DNA of 64,000 bases from Gemmatimonadales bacterium. GTDB lineage: Bacteria > Gemmatimonadota > Gemmatimonadetes > Gemmatimonadales > GWC2-71-9. The notes under the pieces were generated by a model. That model did no database searches and was not told the origin of the DNA. It was given only the letters and a program-made list of their open reading frames with translations. The position numbers and the translations under genes were made by a program. Below are positions 28,283 to 38,007 of this stretch, one piece after another. How positions within the stretch are numbered: position 1 is the first letter of the stretch; each line of letters starts with the position of its first letter. Location of the stretch: NCBI GenBank assembly GCA_041615815.1, contig JBFJCP010000004.1, forward strand, positions 106,140 to 170,139, given 5' to 3'.

Positions 28283-29556
28283 CGTTCGAATTTCATCGAT
28301 TCGGCTACGTCGATGCGTGTGGCCCGGTATGCGGGATACAGCGAGGCGATCGCACCGACTAGGAGAATGAAGACGAGTCCCTGGATGACTCGAGCGGTTC
28401 GAAAGACCGGCACCACCACTGGCTCCATGACGACGCCGGAGAAACTCCACTCTTCGTTCCACGCGAACGAGAAGTCCAGCCCGTTGCGAAAGAAGAACCA
28501 TGTGAGAAAGAGTCCGAGGCCGATGCCCACCAAACCCGCGAGCGCGGTGAGCACGACCCCTTCCACCACCACCAAACCGCCCGTCTGTTGGGGAGTGAAC
28601 CCGAGGGCTTGGAGCAGGCCGAACTCGCGGTACCGGTACATCACCGACATGAGAATCGTGTTGACGATCCCGAGTCCGATGATGGCGAACAGGATTCCCT
28701 GAAACAGATAGTTCCCGAAATCATCGATCTTGACGGCGGCATCGAGCTCGGGACTCGCCTCTCGCCAGGTGAGGACGTCCAGATCACCGGCAGCGATGAT
28801 TGGCTCGAGCGAGCGACGAAGGACGCGCTGCACCGCGGGGACCCGCCGGCTCGACCGGACCAACACGGCCAGCGTGGTGACATCGTCGTTGGTCCCCAGC
28901 CATGCAGCGGCCGTGGCGAGCGGGACGTGGAGGACCGCCTGATCGATCTCGGGGATTCCCGTTCGGTACACACCCACCACGCGGACTAATTGACCGGCGA
29001 TCTCACCCGCGGCGTCCTGTGTGGTCAGCACCATCCGGGATCCAACACGCACGTCGAGGGCTTCGCGGAGCCCCTCACCGATGTAGGCGGCCAAGCGATC
29101 GTCGGGCTCGAGGTAACGACCGTCCACGAGGCGGTCGTCCAGGATGGAGAAGCGCGCTTCGGCGAGCGGATCTACCGCCATGATCTGCGCGGGCCGCGCC
29201 CCCGCGGGCGAGCTCGCCAATCCTCCCACACTCACCATGGGGACCACGTCGAGGATTTCATCCGCCAACTGCGGGCTGGCCAGGGCCTCTGCGGCCACGC
29301 GACGCGCGCCGGCTGGGACCCGATCGTCGATCTTCCGGCTGGCCAGATACCCCGGCGCTTGAATCACAATGTGGCCTGTGCCCATCCGCACGGCGGACTC
29401 TATCCAATCCTCATGGGTCCCATCTGCGATGGGCAAGCTGAACATGAGCAGCGTCCCACCGATGATCATCGCGGTTGCGGTGAGTGTGGTCCGGCGTGCC
29501 TGCCGCCGCAGGTTCCGGAGGGCGAGGCGCACCATTACCGCTACGCGGGTCGTCAT
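28279..29556 (-). CDS. ABC transporter permease (FtsX/LolE-like)
   Basis: 'LALRNLRRQARRT.LT', 'IVNTILMSV..R.REFG.L.ALG', 'LYPAYRA.R'. Confidence 0.92.
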   Translation of the reverse strand: MTTRVAVMVRLALRNLRRQARRTTLTATAMIIGGTLLMFSLPIADGTHEDWIESAVRMGTGHIVIQAPGYLASRKIDDRVPAGARRVAAEALASPQLADEILDVVPMVSVGGLASSPAGARPAQIMAVDPLAEARFSILDDRLVDGRYLEPDDRLAAYIGEGLREALDVRVGSRMVLTTQDAAGEIAGQLVRVVGVYRTGIPEIDQAVLHVPLATAAAWLGTNDDVTTLAVLVRSSRRVPAVQRVLRRSLEPIIAAGDLDVLTWREASPELDAAVKIDDFGNYLFQGILFAIIGLGIVNTILMSVMYRYREFGLLQALGFTPQQTGGLVVVEGVVLTALAGLVGIGLGLFLTWFFFRNGLDFSFAWNEEWSFSGVVMEPVVVPVFRTARVIQGLVFILLVGAIASLYPAYRATRIDVAESMKFER

Positions 29557-30815
29557 AGTCCCGACAGCGTGTCGGCAGGTGGGATCCGCGCGGCTCTGGC
29601 CGCTGGGTAGAGCGCCGCCAGCACGGCCGTGAGGAGCAATGCGCCGGATGCCCACAACGCAATCGCTGGCCGATATTCGACGCGGAGCACAGGGCGCACG
29701 AGGGCGCCAAACATGGTGAAATCGCCGTACGCCCAACTCATGTCGGGTGGAGCGTTATGCCACCACACGAGAATTGGGAACGACACCAACACGCCGCCGA
29801 TGATGCTCAACAGCCCCAGCGCCAACGCCTCAAGCACCACGGTGAGCATGACGGCGGGAGGGGTCGTACCGAGGGCCAGGAGTACTGCGAATTCGCGGCG
29901 GCGCTCGAACGTGGCCATGAGCATCGTGTTGGCCACGCCGAACACCGCGATGCCGAACACGATGGCTAGTACCACCCAATTCCAAGTACCCACGAGGCGC
30001 ACGTAGTCCTGCATCTCCGGCCGGAGCTCCGTCCATGGTGCCACCTCCACGGGCGATCCCGACGCGCCCAGCCGTTCCCGCAGCCGCGCGGCCGCGTCCG
30101 GTGCCAGCCACGGATCGGCTGTGGTGGCGGCAATCTCGTGAATCCGGCGAGGGTCCAGTGCGAGGAGAGCTTGCAGCGTGGCGAGGTCCAGGAGAGCGTA
30201 GGAGCCGTCGAGCTCGGTCATCCCGGTCCGAAACACACCGGACACGGTGAACAGGTCATTGCCCATCGACCCGTCCGCTGCGGGCGCGACGACCACAACT
30301 TCGTCACCCAGATCCACGGCGAGCTGGCGTGCCATCTCGACCCCAACCGCAATCGCGTGACTTCCCGCCTGTGGCAGGTGGCCCCGAGTCACTCCCTGTG
30401 CCAACCGGCTGACCTGGGGCTCCAGCTGTGGGTGCATACCCATGAGGATCGCGGCGGTCGTGGCCTCACCCGAGCTCACGAGCCCGCCGGCGAACACCCG
30501 CGGCGCCGCCGCGGCGATGGCTGGCTCCTCTTCAACGGTCCGGAGCAGCGCGTCCACGTCCGCACCCTCGCGTCCACCGATGGTCTCATAGAGGCTGCGC
30601 TCTGGCCGGTAGTCGGTCGCGTGCACCTGGAGTTGTCCCGTGAGGAGCCCGGTCCCGTTCTCCACCATCTCCACGGTGAGTCCGTCCATGAGTCCCACCA
30701 TGAGCACGACGGCGCAGTACCCGAAGGCGAGTCCAGCAGCGGTAATCAGGGTGCGGCGCCGATTTCTCCCGAGGTTGCGCCATCCGATCCGCCACCAGGG
30801 ATTGGCCACGGTCAC
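29553..30815 (-). CDS. ABC transporter permease (FtsX/LolC-like)
   Basis: 'WRNLGRNRRRTLIT', 'NTMLMATFERRREF', 'LYPAARAAR'. Confidence 0.92.
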   Translation of the reverse strand: MTVANPWWRIGWRNLGRNRRRTLITAAGLAFGYCAVVLMVGLMDGLTVEMVENGTGLLTGQLQVHATDYRPERSLYETIGGREGADVDALLRTVEEEPAIAAAAPRVFAGGLVSSGEATTAAILMGMHPQLEPQVSRLAQGVTRGHLPQAGSHAIAVGVEMARQLAVDLGDEVVVVAPAADGSMGNDLFTVSGVFRTGMTELDGSYALLDLATLQALLALDPRRIHEIAATTADPWLAPDAAARLRERLGASGSPVEVAPWTELRPEMQDYVRLVGTWNWVVLAIVFGIAVFGVANTMLMATFERRREFAVLLALGTTPPAVMLTVVLEALALGLLSIIGGVLVSFPILVWWHNAPPDMSWAYGDFTMFGALVRPVLRVEYRPAIALWASGALLLTAVLAALYPAARAARIPPADTLSGL

Positions 30816-31603
30816 CGCCCCCCCGCGCGGAGTGAGCGCAGCGAGAAGAAACTCTCGGACAGTGAGATGTCGAACTCGACCTTGCTATAGCGGATCACGG
30901 TGCGCTCGCCGGGCTTGTCCTGGGGCAGCATTTCCATGACCGCTGGAACCAGCCGACCCCCCATCTCGCGGAAGTCGCCGAACGTGAGCACGCGAACGAG
31001 CGTGTCGTCTTCGTCGTAGTAATGCGCCCACGTCGGCATGAGGTCTCGCTTTCGCACCTGATACTCGATATGGCCCCACACGACGGCCGCCTCGGATTTG
31101 GGCGTGAGCACGAACTCCCACACGTCGTCACCATCACGTACGCCGTCGAAGGCGATGGCGATGTCGTAGTCCTCGACCAGTCGGCTTTCCTTCACGAGAT
31201 CGTCGTTGGTGAAATGCGATCCCATCCACGATCCCATCATGAGGGATGCCGGGATCTTGATGGTGCGGTCCACGCGGGGTAGGTAGTTCCAGATGTCGTC
31301 GCCGGCTTTGAGCGTAGCGGTGCCGGCTTCCTTGCGGGGTGCCGTGACCCGAATCAGCGAGTATTCGGTGCCGAGGGACCACACCTCCATGGTGACGCTT
31401 CGTTCCCAGTGTTCGGTCACGACGTCCATCGTGGCCACGCCGTAGCTCGATTCACCTCGCAAGATGCGATCGACGCGATCGATGATCTCGCGAGGGGTCT
31501 CCTGGGCGGATCCGGAGGATGCCATGGCGAGGACGGCTGCGGTGAGCGTGAACGCCCGTCCCCGGGGCGGTCTGGAGGACAGTGGTTGCAGACGCGTGCT
31601 CAT
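30812..31603 (-). CDS. Outer-membrane lipoprotein-sorting (LolA-like) protein
   Basis: 'LIRVTAP.KEAGTATLK', 'IWNYLP', 'SWMGSHFTNDDL'. Confidence 0.88.
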   Translation of the reverse strand: MSTRLQPLSSRPPRGRAFTLTAAVLAMASSGSAQETPREIIDRVDRILRGESSYGVATMDVVTEHWERSVTMEVWSLGTEYSLIRVTAPRKEAGTATLKAGDDIWNYLPRVDRTIKIPASLMMGSWMGSHFTNDDLVKESRLVEDYDIAIAFDGVRDGDDVWEFVLTPKSEAAVVWGHIEYQVRKRDLMPTWAHYYDEDDTLVRVLTFGDFREMGGRLVPAVMEMLPQDKPGERTVIRYSKVEFDISLSESFFSLRSLRAGGR

Positions 31604-31733
31604 GACGTATCAACCTCTTTGTGGCCGTCTAAAGATGGTATGAGAGGAGGGTGAACAGAATGAAGAGGCAGGACAAAGGGAGGAAGTAGGCAGATTGAAG
31701 GGTGCTGATGACAATCGCGAGCGGAACCCTTCG

Positions 31734-32201
31734 TTAGCCTGCCCGCATGGCGTGAAGGATTTTCGGCACGTGCCTGTCGATCACGAACTTGCCGATTCCC
31801 ACCGTCGCGAACGTCGAGAGGAACACCCAACCCCAGAATGGGGAGTCGGGAATGCGCGTGGTGGCCTCGGAGACCGCGGCGGCTACGAGTCCCACATACG
31901 ACCAACTCATCCAGTACGCGTGCGCGGCGATCCACTGCCGCCGCGGCCAGCGAAACCGGACACACACGAGGCCCGCGACAACCGTGACGAGACTGATGAG
32001 GGCGGCGATGTGAAAGGGTCCAAAGCCGCCAAAGAGGCGATAGATGGCCAGTGCCGTGCCGTTGAGACCCAGCATGCTGAACGCGTAGGATCGCCCAGCC
32101 AGGCGGTGGGCCCTCGTGCCTTTGGCCAGCAGCACCGTCAACAAGCCAAAGCCCAACGCGGTGAAACCGAGAGTGACGTGGATCAGCGGTATCGTGCTCA
32201 T
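31734..32201 (-). CDS. DUF2306-type membrane protein
   Basis: 'KGTRAHRLAGRSY', 'FGPFH', 'H..WMSWSYVGL'. Confidence 0.75.
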   Translation of the reverse strand: MSTIPLIHVTLGFTALGFGLLTVLLAKGTRAHRLAGRSYAFSMLGLNGTALAIYRLFGGFGPFHIAALISLVTVVAGLVCVRFRWPRRQWIAAHAYWMSWSYVGLVAAAVSEATTRIPDSPFWGWVFLSTFATVGIGKFVIDRHVPKILHAMRAG

Positions 32202-32321
32202 GCCAGTGCATACGGGGTTCAGCACTCCGGGGTTTCGCCCGGTGCCGCGACGAGTGGCGATTTACGTGGCGGACTGCCTATCTTGCGACCTTCACCGAAA
32301 TACGAGCTTAGCACCCGCACC

Positions 32322-35300
32322 GTGACCACACTCGACCAGCGTCTCCAAGACGCCGTAGGTGATGTCTACCGTATCGAGCGAGAGCTCGCCCGCGGCGGTA
32401 TGAGCCAGCTCTTTCTCGCCACGGAGGCGTCGCTCAACCGACAGGTGGTCATCAAGCTGCTCCCGCCGGAAATGGCGAGCGCGGTCAGCGCAGCGCGTTT
32501 CAAGCAGGAAATGGAAGTCGCGGCGCAACTGCAGCATCCGCATGTCTTGCCGGTCCTCTCGGCAGGAGCCAGACACGATCTCATCTATTACGTGATGCCG
32601 TTTGTGGCGGGTGAGTCGCTCCGAACCCGCTTGAACCAGGAAGGCAAGCTCGAGGTGGATCGCGCCGTCCGGATCCTCTCGGAGGTGGCGGACGCGCTGG
32701 CCTACGCTCACGAGCATGGGGTGGTGCACCGCGACATCAAGCCGGAAAACATCTTGCTCCAACAAGATCACGCGGTGCTCACGGACTTTGGGGTTGCTCG
32801 GGCCGTGGAGCAAGCGCGGGGTGGTGAGCGACTCACTGAACTGGGCGTGGCCGTAGGGACACCGGGATACATGTCTCCGGAGCAGGCTGCGGGCGATCGC
32901 GACGTCGATAGCCGCGCGGATGTTTACGCGCTGGCCATCGTGGGGTACGAAATGCTGACCGGCGCGGCGCCATTCACCGGCCCCACCGCCCAGGCCGTGT
33001 TGGCGGCGCACCTCACGCAGGACGCCAAGCCCGTGCACGAGGTGGAACCGACCACGCCGTCGGCCGTGAGCGCGGCGATTGCGAAAGCACTGGCTAAAGA
33101 TCCTGCGGAGCGGTTTCAGTCGGCCGCAGCGTTCCGGGACGCGCTTCGCGCCGCCACGTCGGTTCCCGCTACCGCGAGGCGTTCGTCACGGCTCCCACTC
33201 GTGGCGGCCGCGATGCTGCTCGTGATCGCCGCGGGATTCGTGCTCTGGCCGCGCGGCTATCGGATCGAGGGTGATCCCCGGCAGAGCATCGTCGTCTTTC
33301 CGTTCGAAAACAAGACAGGGGCACCGGAAAACGATTACCTCGAAGACGCATCGATGAACCTGCTGGGGCTGGCTGTAGGACATTGGGAGGACATGCGGGT
33401 TTACGATGACGAGCGCACCGGGTCGCTGCTTCGCCGCCGAGGCATCCTGACGCCTGCAGAGATCGATTTTGATGCTGCGCGGGCGATGGCGCGCGAGGCG
33501 CGGGTCGGTACGCTGGTCTTGGGCGATATCCGACGTGAGGGCAGCGAGCTGGCCATCGAGGCCAAAGTGCACGACGTGGCGTCGGGCGACCGGATCGCCA
33601 CGGAGCTGGTGCGGGCGACGCCCGATGGCGATCCGCGTCCCCTGTTCGACTCGCTGGCTGCACGGATCCTTCGCGTGAGTGGCGCACCGGCAGGCGAGCG
33701 TCCCGATCTCCTGACCCAGACAACACAGTCGCTGGAGGCGTACCGCCAGTATCTCTTTGGAACGGCAGCGCTGCAGCTGCTGGAGATCGATTCGGCCAAA
33801 GCGCATCTTCGCCGCGCTGTGGCGCTAGACTCGACGTTCGCCCTCGCGTATATCCGCCTCGTGGATGCTGACGGTTGGGCCGGGGTGGAGCGTGCGAGTC
33901 CCGCCGAGCGGCGGGAATTGATTGCCAAGGCGACCGCGTACAGTGAAAGACTACCACCGCGGTACCGCCAGCTCCTTCGGTTCCACGCCGCATACGAATC
34001 GGGACAGTTGGCGCGCGCGCGTCGGATTGCCGAGGAGATGATCGCGCACGATTCGAGCGACGTCGAAGCCTGGTATCAGTACGGTGAGGCGCATTGGCAC
34101 CATGGAGCCGGACGGTTTCCCCATCCCGACAGCCTGGGCAATATGGGCAAGGCCCTTGGAGCATTCGAGCAGACATTGCGCCTCGATTCCGGGTACGTTC
34201 TGGCCTACCTCCATCTCACGGACGTGCTCGGTTCCTGCGCCAACGACAATCCATGGCTGTGCTTGTTGAACGGTGATTCGGCCGTGTATGGAACGACGGC
34301 CGAGCTGGTGGAGCGATACGGACAGGAGCGTGTGGATCGGCTCCGCGCTGCGGCGCGCGATCGTCGGCTGGAAGCCGGGTACGCGTGGGTCGGGACTGCA
34401 CCCAGCTCCGAGCGAGCACGAAACACTCTGATCAACATGCTGTTGGAGCGCGAGCTCTATGCGGAGGCAGAGAGTCAAATCGCGGTACTGCGCGCTAACG
34501 GCCAAACGGCCGTGGCCGATGGATGGGAGGCGCGGCGGGCGTTCGAGCAGGCAGAATACGCGGAGGCAGGTGCGGTCATCGAACGAGCACTGTCTGGCGG
34601 GCTCGGGGGCTTCCGGCAGCTGGCCAACGCAGGGCTCATCGATGTCATACTCCGCTCCCTCGCCGGGGCGGCGAGATTCGAGACGCTGCAGCAGGTATTC
34701 GACATCTTGGAGCAGCTCGGACCGGGGGACACGATCAACGCCAACAATGTCGTGCTCTCGAAGCGACTCTTCCGTCAGTGGTTCGACGCCCAAGCGGTGA
34801 TCCTCCTGAGTGCGGACTCGGCCATCGTTGCTCGGGAAGCGCGCGGGTGGCTAGATACGTTGGCCGCGCACTACGAGCCCGGTACCGCGGCGCACGAAGA
34901 CCGGTTGGCACAATCGGGTTCGACGGTGCTGATCGCGTACCTGGTGGCGCGTGATAGCAGCCTTCTCAGCCAGTTCCTCGCTGATATCGACACGACGGGT
35001 TCCCGGACTTGGCGTCCGATGCTGGCCCATCTGGCCTTTGCAAGGGGAGACACGACCACGGCGCGGGCTCGCATCACAGCGCATTTCGAGCGTCGCGACG
35101 AACTCGAGCTTCGGAATCAGCCGGGGAGCGTACGTCTCGTTGCGTGGGCCGACTTGATGGCACGACTGGGACAGCCGGAGCGGGCCACGCAGGCGCTCGA
35201 GATCTTCGAGACCGACGAGGTGGGCGATAACCCGTGGGGTCCCATGCATGTTCGTTCGTGGGCCGAGCGGGGTGCACTGTATCAGGCGCTCGGGGATACA

Positions 35301-35435
35301 GACAGGGCCCTCGAGATGTACGAGCGTTTCATCGAGGCGTGGCAAGACGGAGGCACGATCGTGCAACCGCAGGTCCAGCGGGCTCGTGAGGCTCTCGCGG
35401 CGCTGCACGGCGAGACCCGCAGTCCACGTCGATGA
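32322..35435 (+). CDS. Ser/Thr protein kinase with TM, TolB_N-like and TPR domains
   Basis: 'ELARGGMS', 'VVIK', 'HRDIKPEN', 'DFG', 'GTPGYMSPEQ'; TM; 'SIVVFPFEN'; 'TTQSLEAYRQY'; TPRs. Real start near GTG 32322. Confidence 0.92.
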   Translation: MTTLDQRLQDAVGDVYRIERELARGGMSQLFLATEASLNRQVVIKLLPPEMASAVSAARFKQEMEVAAQLQHPHVLPVLSAGARHDLIYYVMPFVAGESLRTRLNQEGKLEVDRAVRILSEVADALAYAHEHGVVHRDIKPENILLQQDHAVLTDFGVARAVEQARGGERLTELGVAVGTPGYMSPEQAAGDRDVDSRADVYALAIVGYEMLTGAAPFTGPTAQAVLAAHLTQDAKPVHEVEPTTPSAVSAAIAKALAKDPAERFQSAAAFRDALRAATSVPATARRSSRLPLVAAAMLLVIAAGFVLWPRGYRIEGDPRQSIVVFPFENKTGAPENDYLEDASMNLLGLAVGHWEDMRVYDDERTGSLLRRRGILTPAEIDFDAARAMAREARVGTLVLGDIRREGSELAIEAKVHDVASGDRIATELVRATPDGDPRPLFDSLAARILRVSGAPAGERPDLLTQTTQSLEAYRQYLFGTAALQLLEIDSAKAHLRRAVALDSTFALAYIRLVDADGWAGVERASPAERRELIAKATAYSERLPPRYRQLLRFHAAYESGQLARARRIAEEMIAHDSSDVEAWYQYGEAHWHHGAGRFPHPDSLGNMGKALGAFEQTLRLDSGYVLAYLHLTDVLGSCANDNPWLCLLNGDSAVYGTTAELVERYGQERVDRLRAAARDRRLEAGYAWVGTAPSSERARNTLINMLLERELYAEAESQIAVLRANGQTAVADGWEARRAFEQAEYAEAGAVIERALSGGLGGFRQLANAGLIDVILRSLAGAARFETLQQVFDILEQLGPGDTINANNVVLSKRLFRQWFDAQAVILLSADSAIVAREARGWLDTLAAHYEPGTAAHEDRLAQSGSTVLIAYLVARDSSLLSQFLADIDTTGSRTWRPMLAHLAFARGDTTTARARITAHFERRDELELRNQPGSVRLVAWADLMARLGQPERATQALEIFETDEVGDNPWGPMHVRSWAERGALYQALGDTDRALEMYERFIEAWQDGGTIVQPQVQRAREALAALHGETRSPRR

Positions 35436-35470
35436 GCCCGGATTTCGAGACCTGACCGAACGGGGAATCC

Positions 35471-36310
35471 ATGCGGTGGAAGCGAAGTAGGCGAAGCACA
35501 AACATCGATGACCGCCGAGGCCGTCGGGTCCGGCGAAGTGTGGGGATCGGCGGAGGAGCAGGCCTCCTGCTGGTGCTCGCCATCGTGTTGTTGGGTGGCG
35601 ATCCCTCGGCCTTCTTGAACGTGGCCGGTGGCGCACCGGCCACGGCGCCCACAGCGACGCCGGCCGGCAACGACGAAGCGAGGGATTTCGTCTCGGCCGT
35701 GCTGGGATCGACGGAGGATTCCTGGGCGGCCATCTTTGCGCACGCGGGAGCGCGCTATCAGCCGCCAACCCTCGTTCTGTATACCGACCAAGTCCAATCC
35801 GCCTGCGGGTACGGATCGGCGGCCTCGGGCCCCTTCTACTGTCCTGCGGACTCCCAGGTCTATCTCGACCTCGGGTTCTTCCGGGATCTGGCGCGAATGG
35901 GAGGTGCCGGGGACTTCGCCGCCGCTTACGTCATCGGCCACGAGGTCGCCCATCACGTTCAACATCTGATGGGAACGTCCGGTCAGATTCATCGGGCGCA
36001 ACAGCGTTCGAGTCGCACGGAGGCCAATCACCTCTCGGTGTTGCTCGAGCTCCAAGCCGACTGCTACGCCGGAGTCTGGGCGCACCACGCCAACCAACGG
36101 CAGCAGATTCTCGAGCCGGGCGACGTGGAGGAGGGCCTCGCGGCGGCGGCGGCGATCGGCGACGATCGTCTACAGAAGATGTCGGGCCGCGGAGTGCATC
36201 CCGAATCGTTCACGCATGGAAGCTCGGAGCAGCGGGTACGGTGGCTCCGCACCGGTCTCCAGACCGGGAGCGTGGATGACTGCGACACCTTCTCCCGCGG
36301 AACGCGGTAA
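35471..36310 (+). CDS. Neutral zinc metallopeptidase (YpfJ-like)
   Basis: 'GPFYCPAD', 'YVIGHEVAHHVQ', 'LELQADCYAG', 'ESFTHGSSEQR'. Confidence 0.93.
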   Translation: MRWKRSRRSTNIDDRRGRRVRRSVGIGGGAGLLLVLAIVLLGGDPSAFLNVAGGAPATAPTATPAGNDEARDFVSAVLGSTEDSWAAIFAHAGARYQPPTLVLYTDQVQSACGYGSAASGPFYCPADSQVYLDLGFFRDLARMGGAGDFAAAYVIGHEVAHHVQHLMGTSGQIHRAQQRSSRTEANHLSVLLELQADCYAGVWAHHANQRQQILEPGDVEEGLAAAAAIGDDRLQKMSGRGVHPESFTHGSSEQRVRWLRTGLQTGSVDDCDTFSRGTR

Positions 36311-36325
36311 CGCCCGGGTCGGCGG

Positions 36326-36823
36326 ATGCATTTTCACACGATTCACCAGTTCCTGGCGTATTACGAGCGCATCCGCGCCCGTACGCGGCGATTGATCGAT
36401 TGCATTCCAGCCGATAGGATCGATTGGTCGTCCGCGCCGGACAAATGGACCTTTGCAGATCTGATCCGGCATCTCGCTGCCACCGAACGGTTCATGTTCG
36501 TCGAAAACGCCATGCGCCGGCCAAGCCGATACCCGGGGCACGGGCCTGAGCTAGCCCGGACGCACGCCGCCGTCCTGCGATACTTGGACGATCGCCACGC
36601 CGAATCCGTGGAAATGCTCTCGACGCTCGGCGATGAGGACCTGCAGCAACAATGCGAGACTCCTGGCGGTACGCTCATCACGGTCTGGAAATGGCTGCGG
36701 GCGATGGTGGAGCACGAAGTGCACCATCGGGGGCAGATTTATCTCCTGTTAGGAATGCTCGGAGTCGCCACACCACCGCTGTATGGATTGACCTCCGAAG
36801 AGGTCCGGGAGCGCAGCGAATGA
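36326..36823 (+). CDS. DinB family protein
   Basis: 'DLIRHLA', 'MVEHEVHHRGQIY'. Confidence 0.9.
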   Translation: MHFHTIHQFLAYYERIRARTRRLIDCIPADRIDWSSAPDKWTFADLIRHLAATERFMFVENAMRRPSRYPGHGPELARTHAAVLRYLDDRHAESVEMLSTLGDEDLQQQCETPGGTLITVWKWLRAMVEHEVHHRGQIYLLLGMLGVATPPLYGLTSEEVRERSE

Positions 36824-36924
36824 TCGGGCTGAGCGACGTTTCACACAGCCGGATCGGCCTCATTCGACTACATTAGAGGATCCGCTTCGCACTCCTCCTC
36901 TTGTTTCCCCCATGATCGGAGTCA

Positions 36925-37392
36925 TTGGTGACCATCGCACAGCAGGGCCACACGGTTCAAGTCCACTACACCGGCCGATTGCAGGACGGCACCGTGTTCG
37001 ACTCGTCCGTCGGCAGAGATCCCCTCGAGTTCACGATAGGAGAGGAACAGGTGATTTTGGGCGTCGAGACCGCGGTGGTCGGTCTCCGGGTGGGCGAGCG
37101 TAAAGAGATCTCCGTGGCTCCAGAGGACGCGTACGGCCCGTACCGGGATGAGCGGGTCGTCGTCGTGTCCCGTGAGCAACTCCCGGACGAGATCGAGCCT
37201 CGGCCCGGCATGATGCTGCAAGGGCGGCTTCCGGGAGGATCCGTCGATTTCGTCGTGACGTCGGTCTCCGACGAGGATGTGACGCTCGACGCCAACCATC
37301 CTCTGGCGGGTAAACAGCTCGATTTCGAGCTGGAACTGGTAGCGATCGTGGCTGGCGAAAGCGGGCTTTCCTCCTTCTCCGGTGACCGTTAG
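36925..37392 (+). CDS. FKBP-type peptidyl-prolyl isomerase (SlyD/FkpB-like, no His tail)
   Basis: 'VHYTGRLQDGTVFDSS', 'PEDAYG', 'LDANHPLAGK.L.F'. Confidence 0.95.
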   Translation: MVTIAQQGHTVQVHYTGRLQDGTVFDSSVGRDPLEFTIGEEQVILGVETAVVGLRVGERKEISVAPEDAYGPYRDERVVVVSREQLPDEIEPRPGMMLQGRLPGGSVDFVVTSVSDEDVTLDANHPLAGKQLDFELELVAIVAGESGLSSFSGDR

Positions 37393-37452
37393 CTTGGAGA
37401 TTGTGGAGGAACAGGTGTCTCTGTCCGGCACGTAGCACGCACCAGCGACGGG

Positions 37453-37617
37453 AAGGGACCTGCGGGTCGCGCAGGTCCCTTGTGTATTTTTCGGACCGGC
37501 TGGAACTTCGGGGCTCCAGCACCCCAACGCGGGGGGAGTGACCGCGGACACGATGACGGTTCCCGGCCGCTGGCAGACCGAGCAGCCCGGGCTTCATCGA
37601 CGGCAAAGGAGTGAGCA
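37453..37617 (+). promoter_or_regulatory. Hairpin/T-tract plus structured 5' leader of cold-shock gene 2
   Basis: AAGGGACCTGCG...CGCAGGTCCCTT followed by T-rich bases (may terminate the FKBP gene), then motifs shared with 17484-17653. Confidence 0.55.
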
Positions 37618-37830
37618 GTGCGCACCACCGGTACGGTGAAGTGGTTCAACGACACGAAGGGCTTCGGGTTCATCAAGCGCGAGGACGGGGAACAGGATTG
37701 CTTCGTCCACCATTCCGCCATCTCGGGGTCGGGTTTCAAGACCCTGAAGGAGGGAGAGCGCGTGGAGTTCGACGTGGTGCAGGGGCAAAAAGGGCCTGCT
37801 GCACAAAACGTGACTCGCGTCGAGGTGTAA
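37618..37830 (+). CDS. csp: Cold-shock protein (CspA family)
   Basis: '[15 protein letters not shown]', 'FVHHSAI', 'GFKTLKEG'; GTG after AAGGAG. Confidence 0.97.
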   Translation: MRTTGTVKWFNDTKGFGFIKREDGEQDCFVHHSAISGSGFKTLKEGERVEFDVVQGQKGPAAQNVTRVEV

Positions 37831-37848
37831 CTCCTTCACCGTCAAGTG

Positions 37849-37885
37849 GGTTGGCGGGGCGCCCGTCGGGGTAGCCCCGCCGACT
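37849..37885 (+). terminator. Stem-loop after csp
   Basis: GGTTGGCGGGGC...GCCCCGCCGACT; weak T-tract. Confidence 0.5.
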
Positions 37886-38007
37886 CTTCGGCGCTCGCCA
37901 CACCGCGCCCACCGCCACGCTCCCCGGCGTTAAACCTTTCCACGCTTTGCCGTATCCAATCGACCGATCGAACGCATCGTCGTGACATTCCGTCAGGGAG
38001 GCCTCCG

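Noticed and set aside
31695..32321. 209-aa N-terminal extension of the kinase ORF
   Set aside because: It is the antisense shadow of the DUF2306 gene; kinase homology starts at about 32322.
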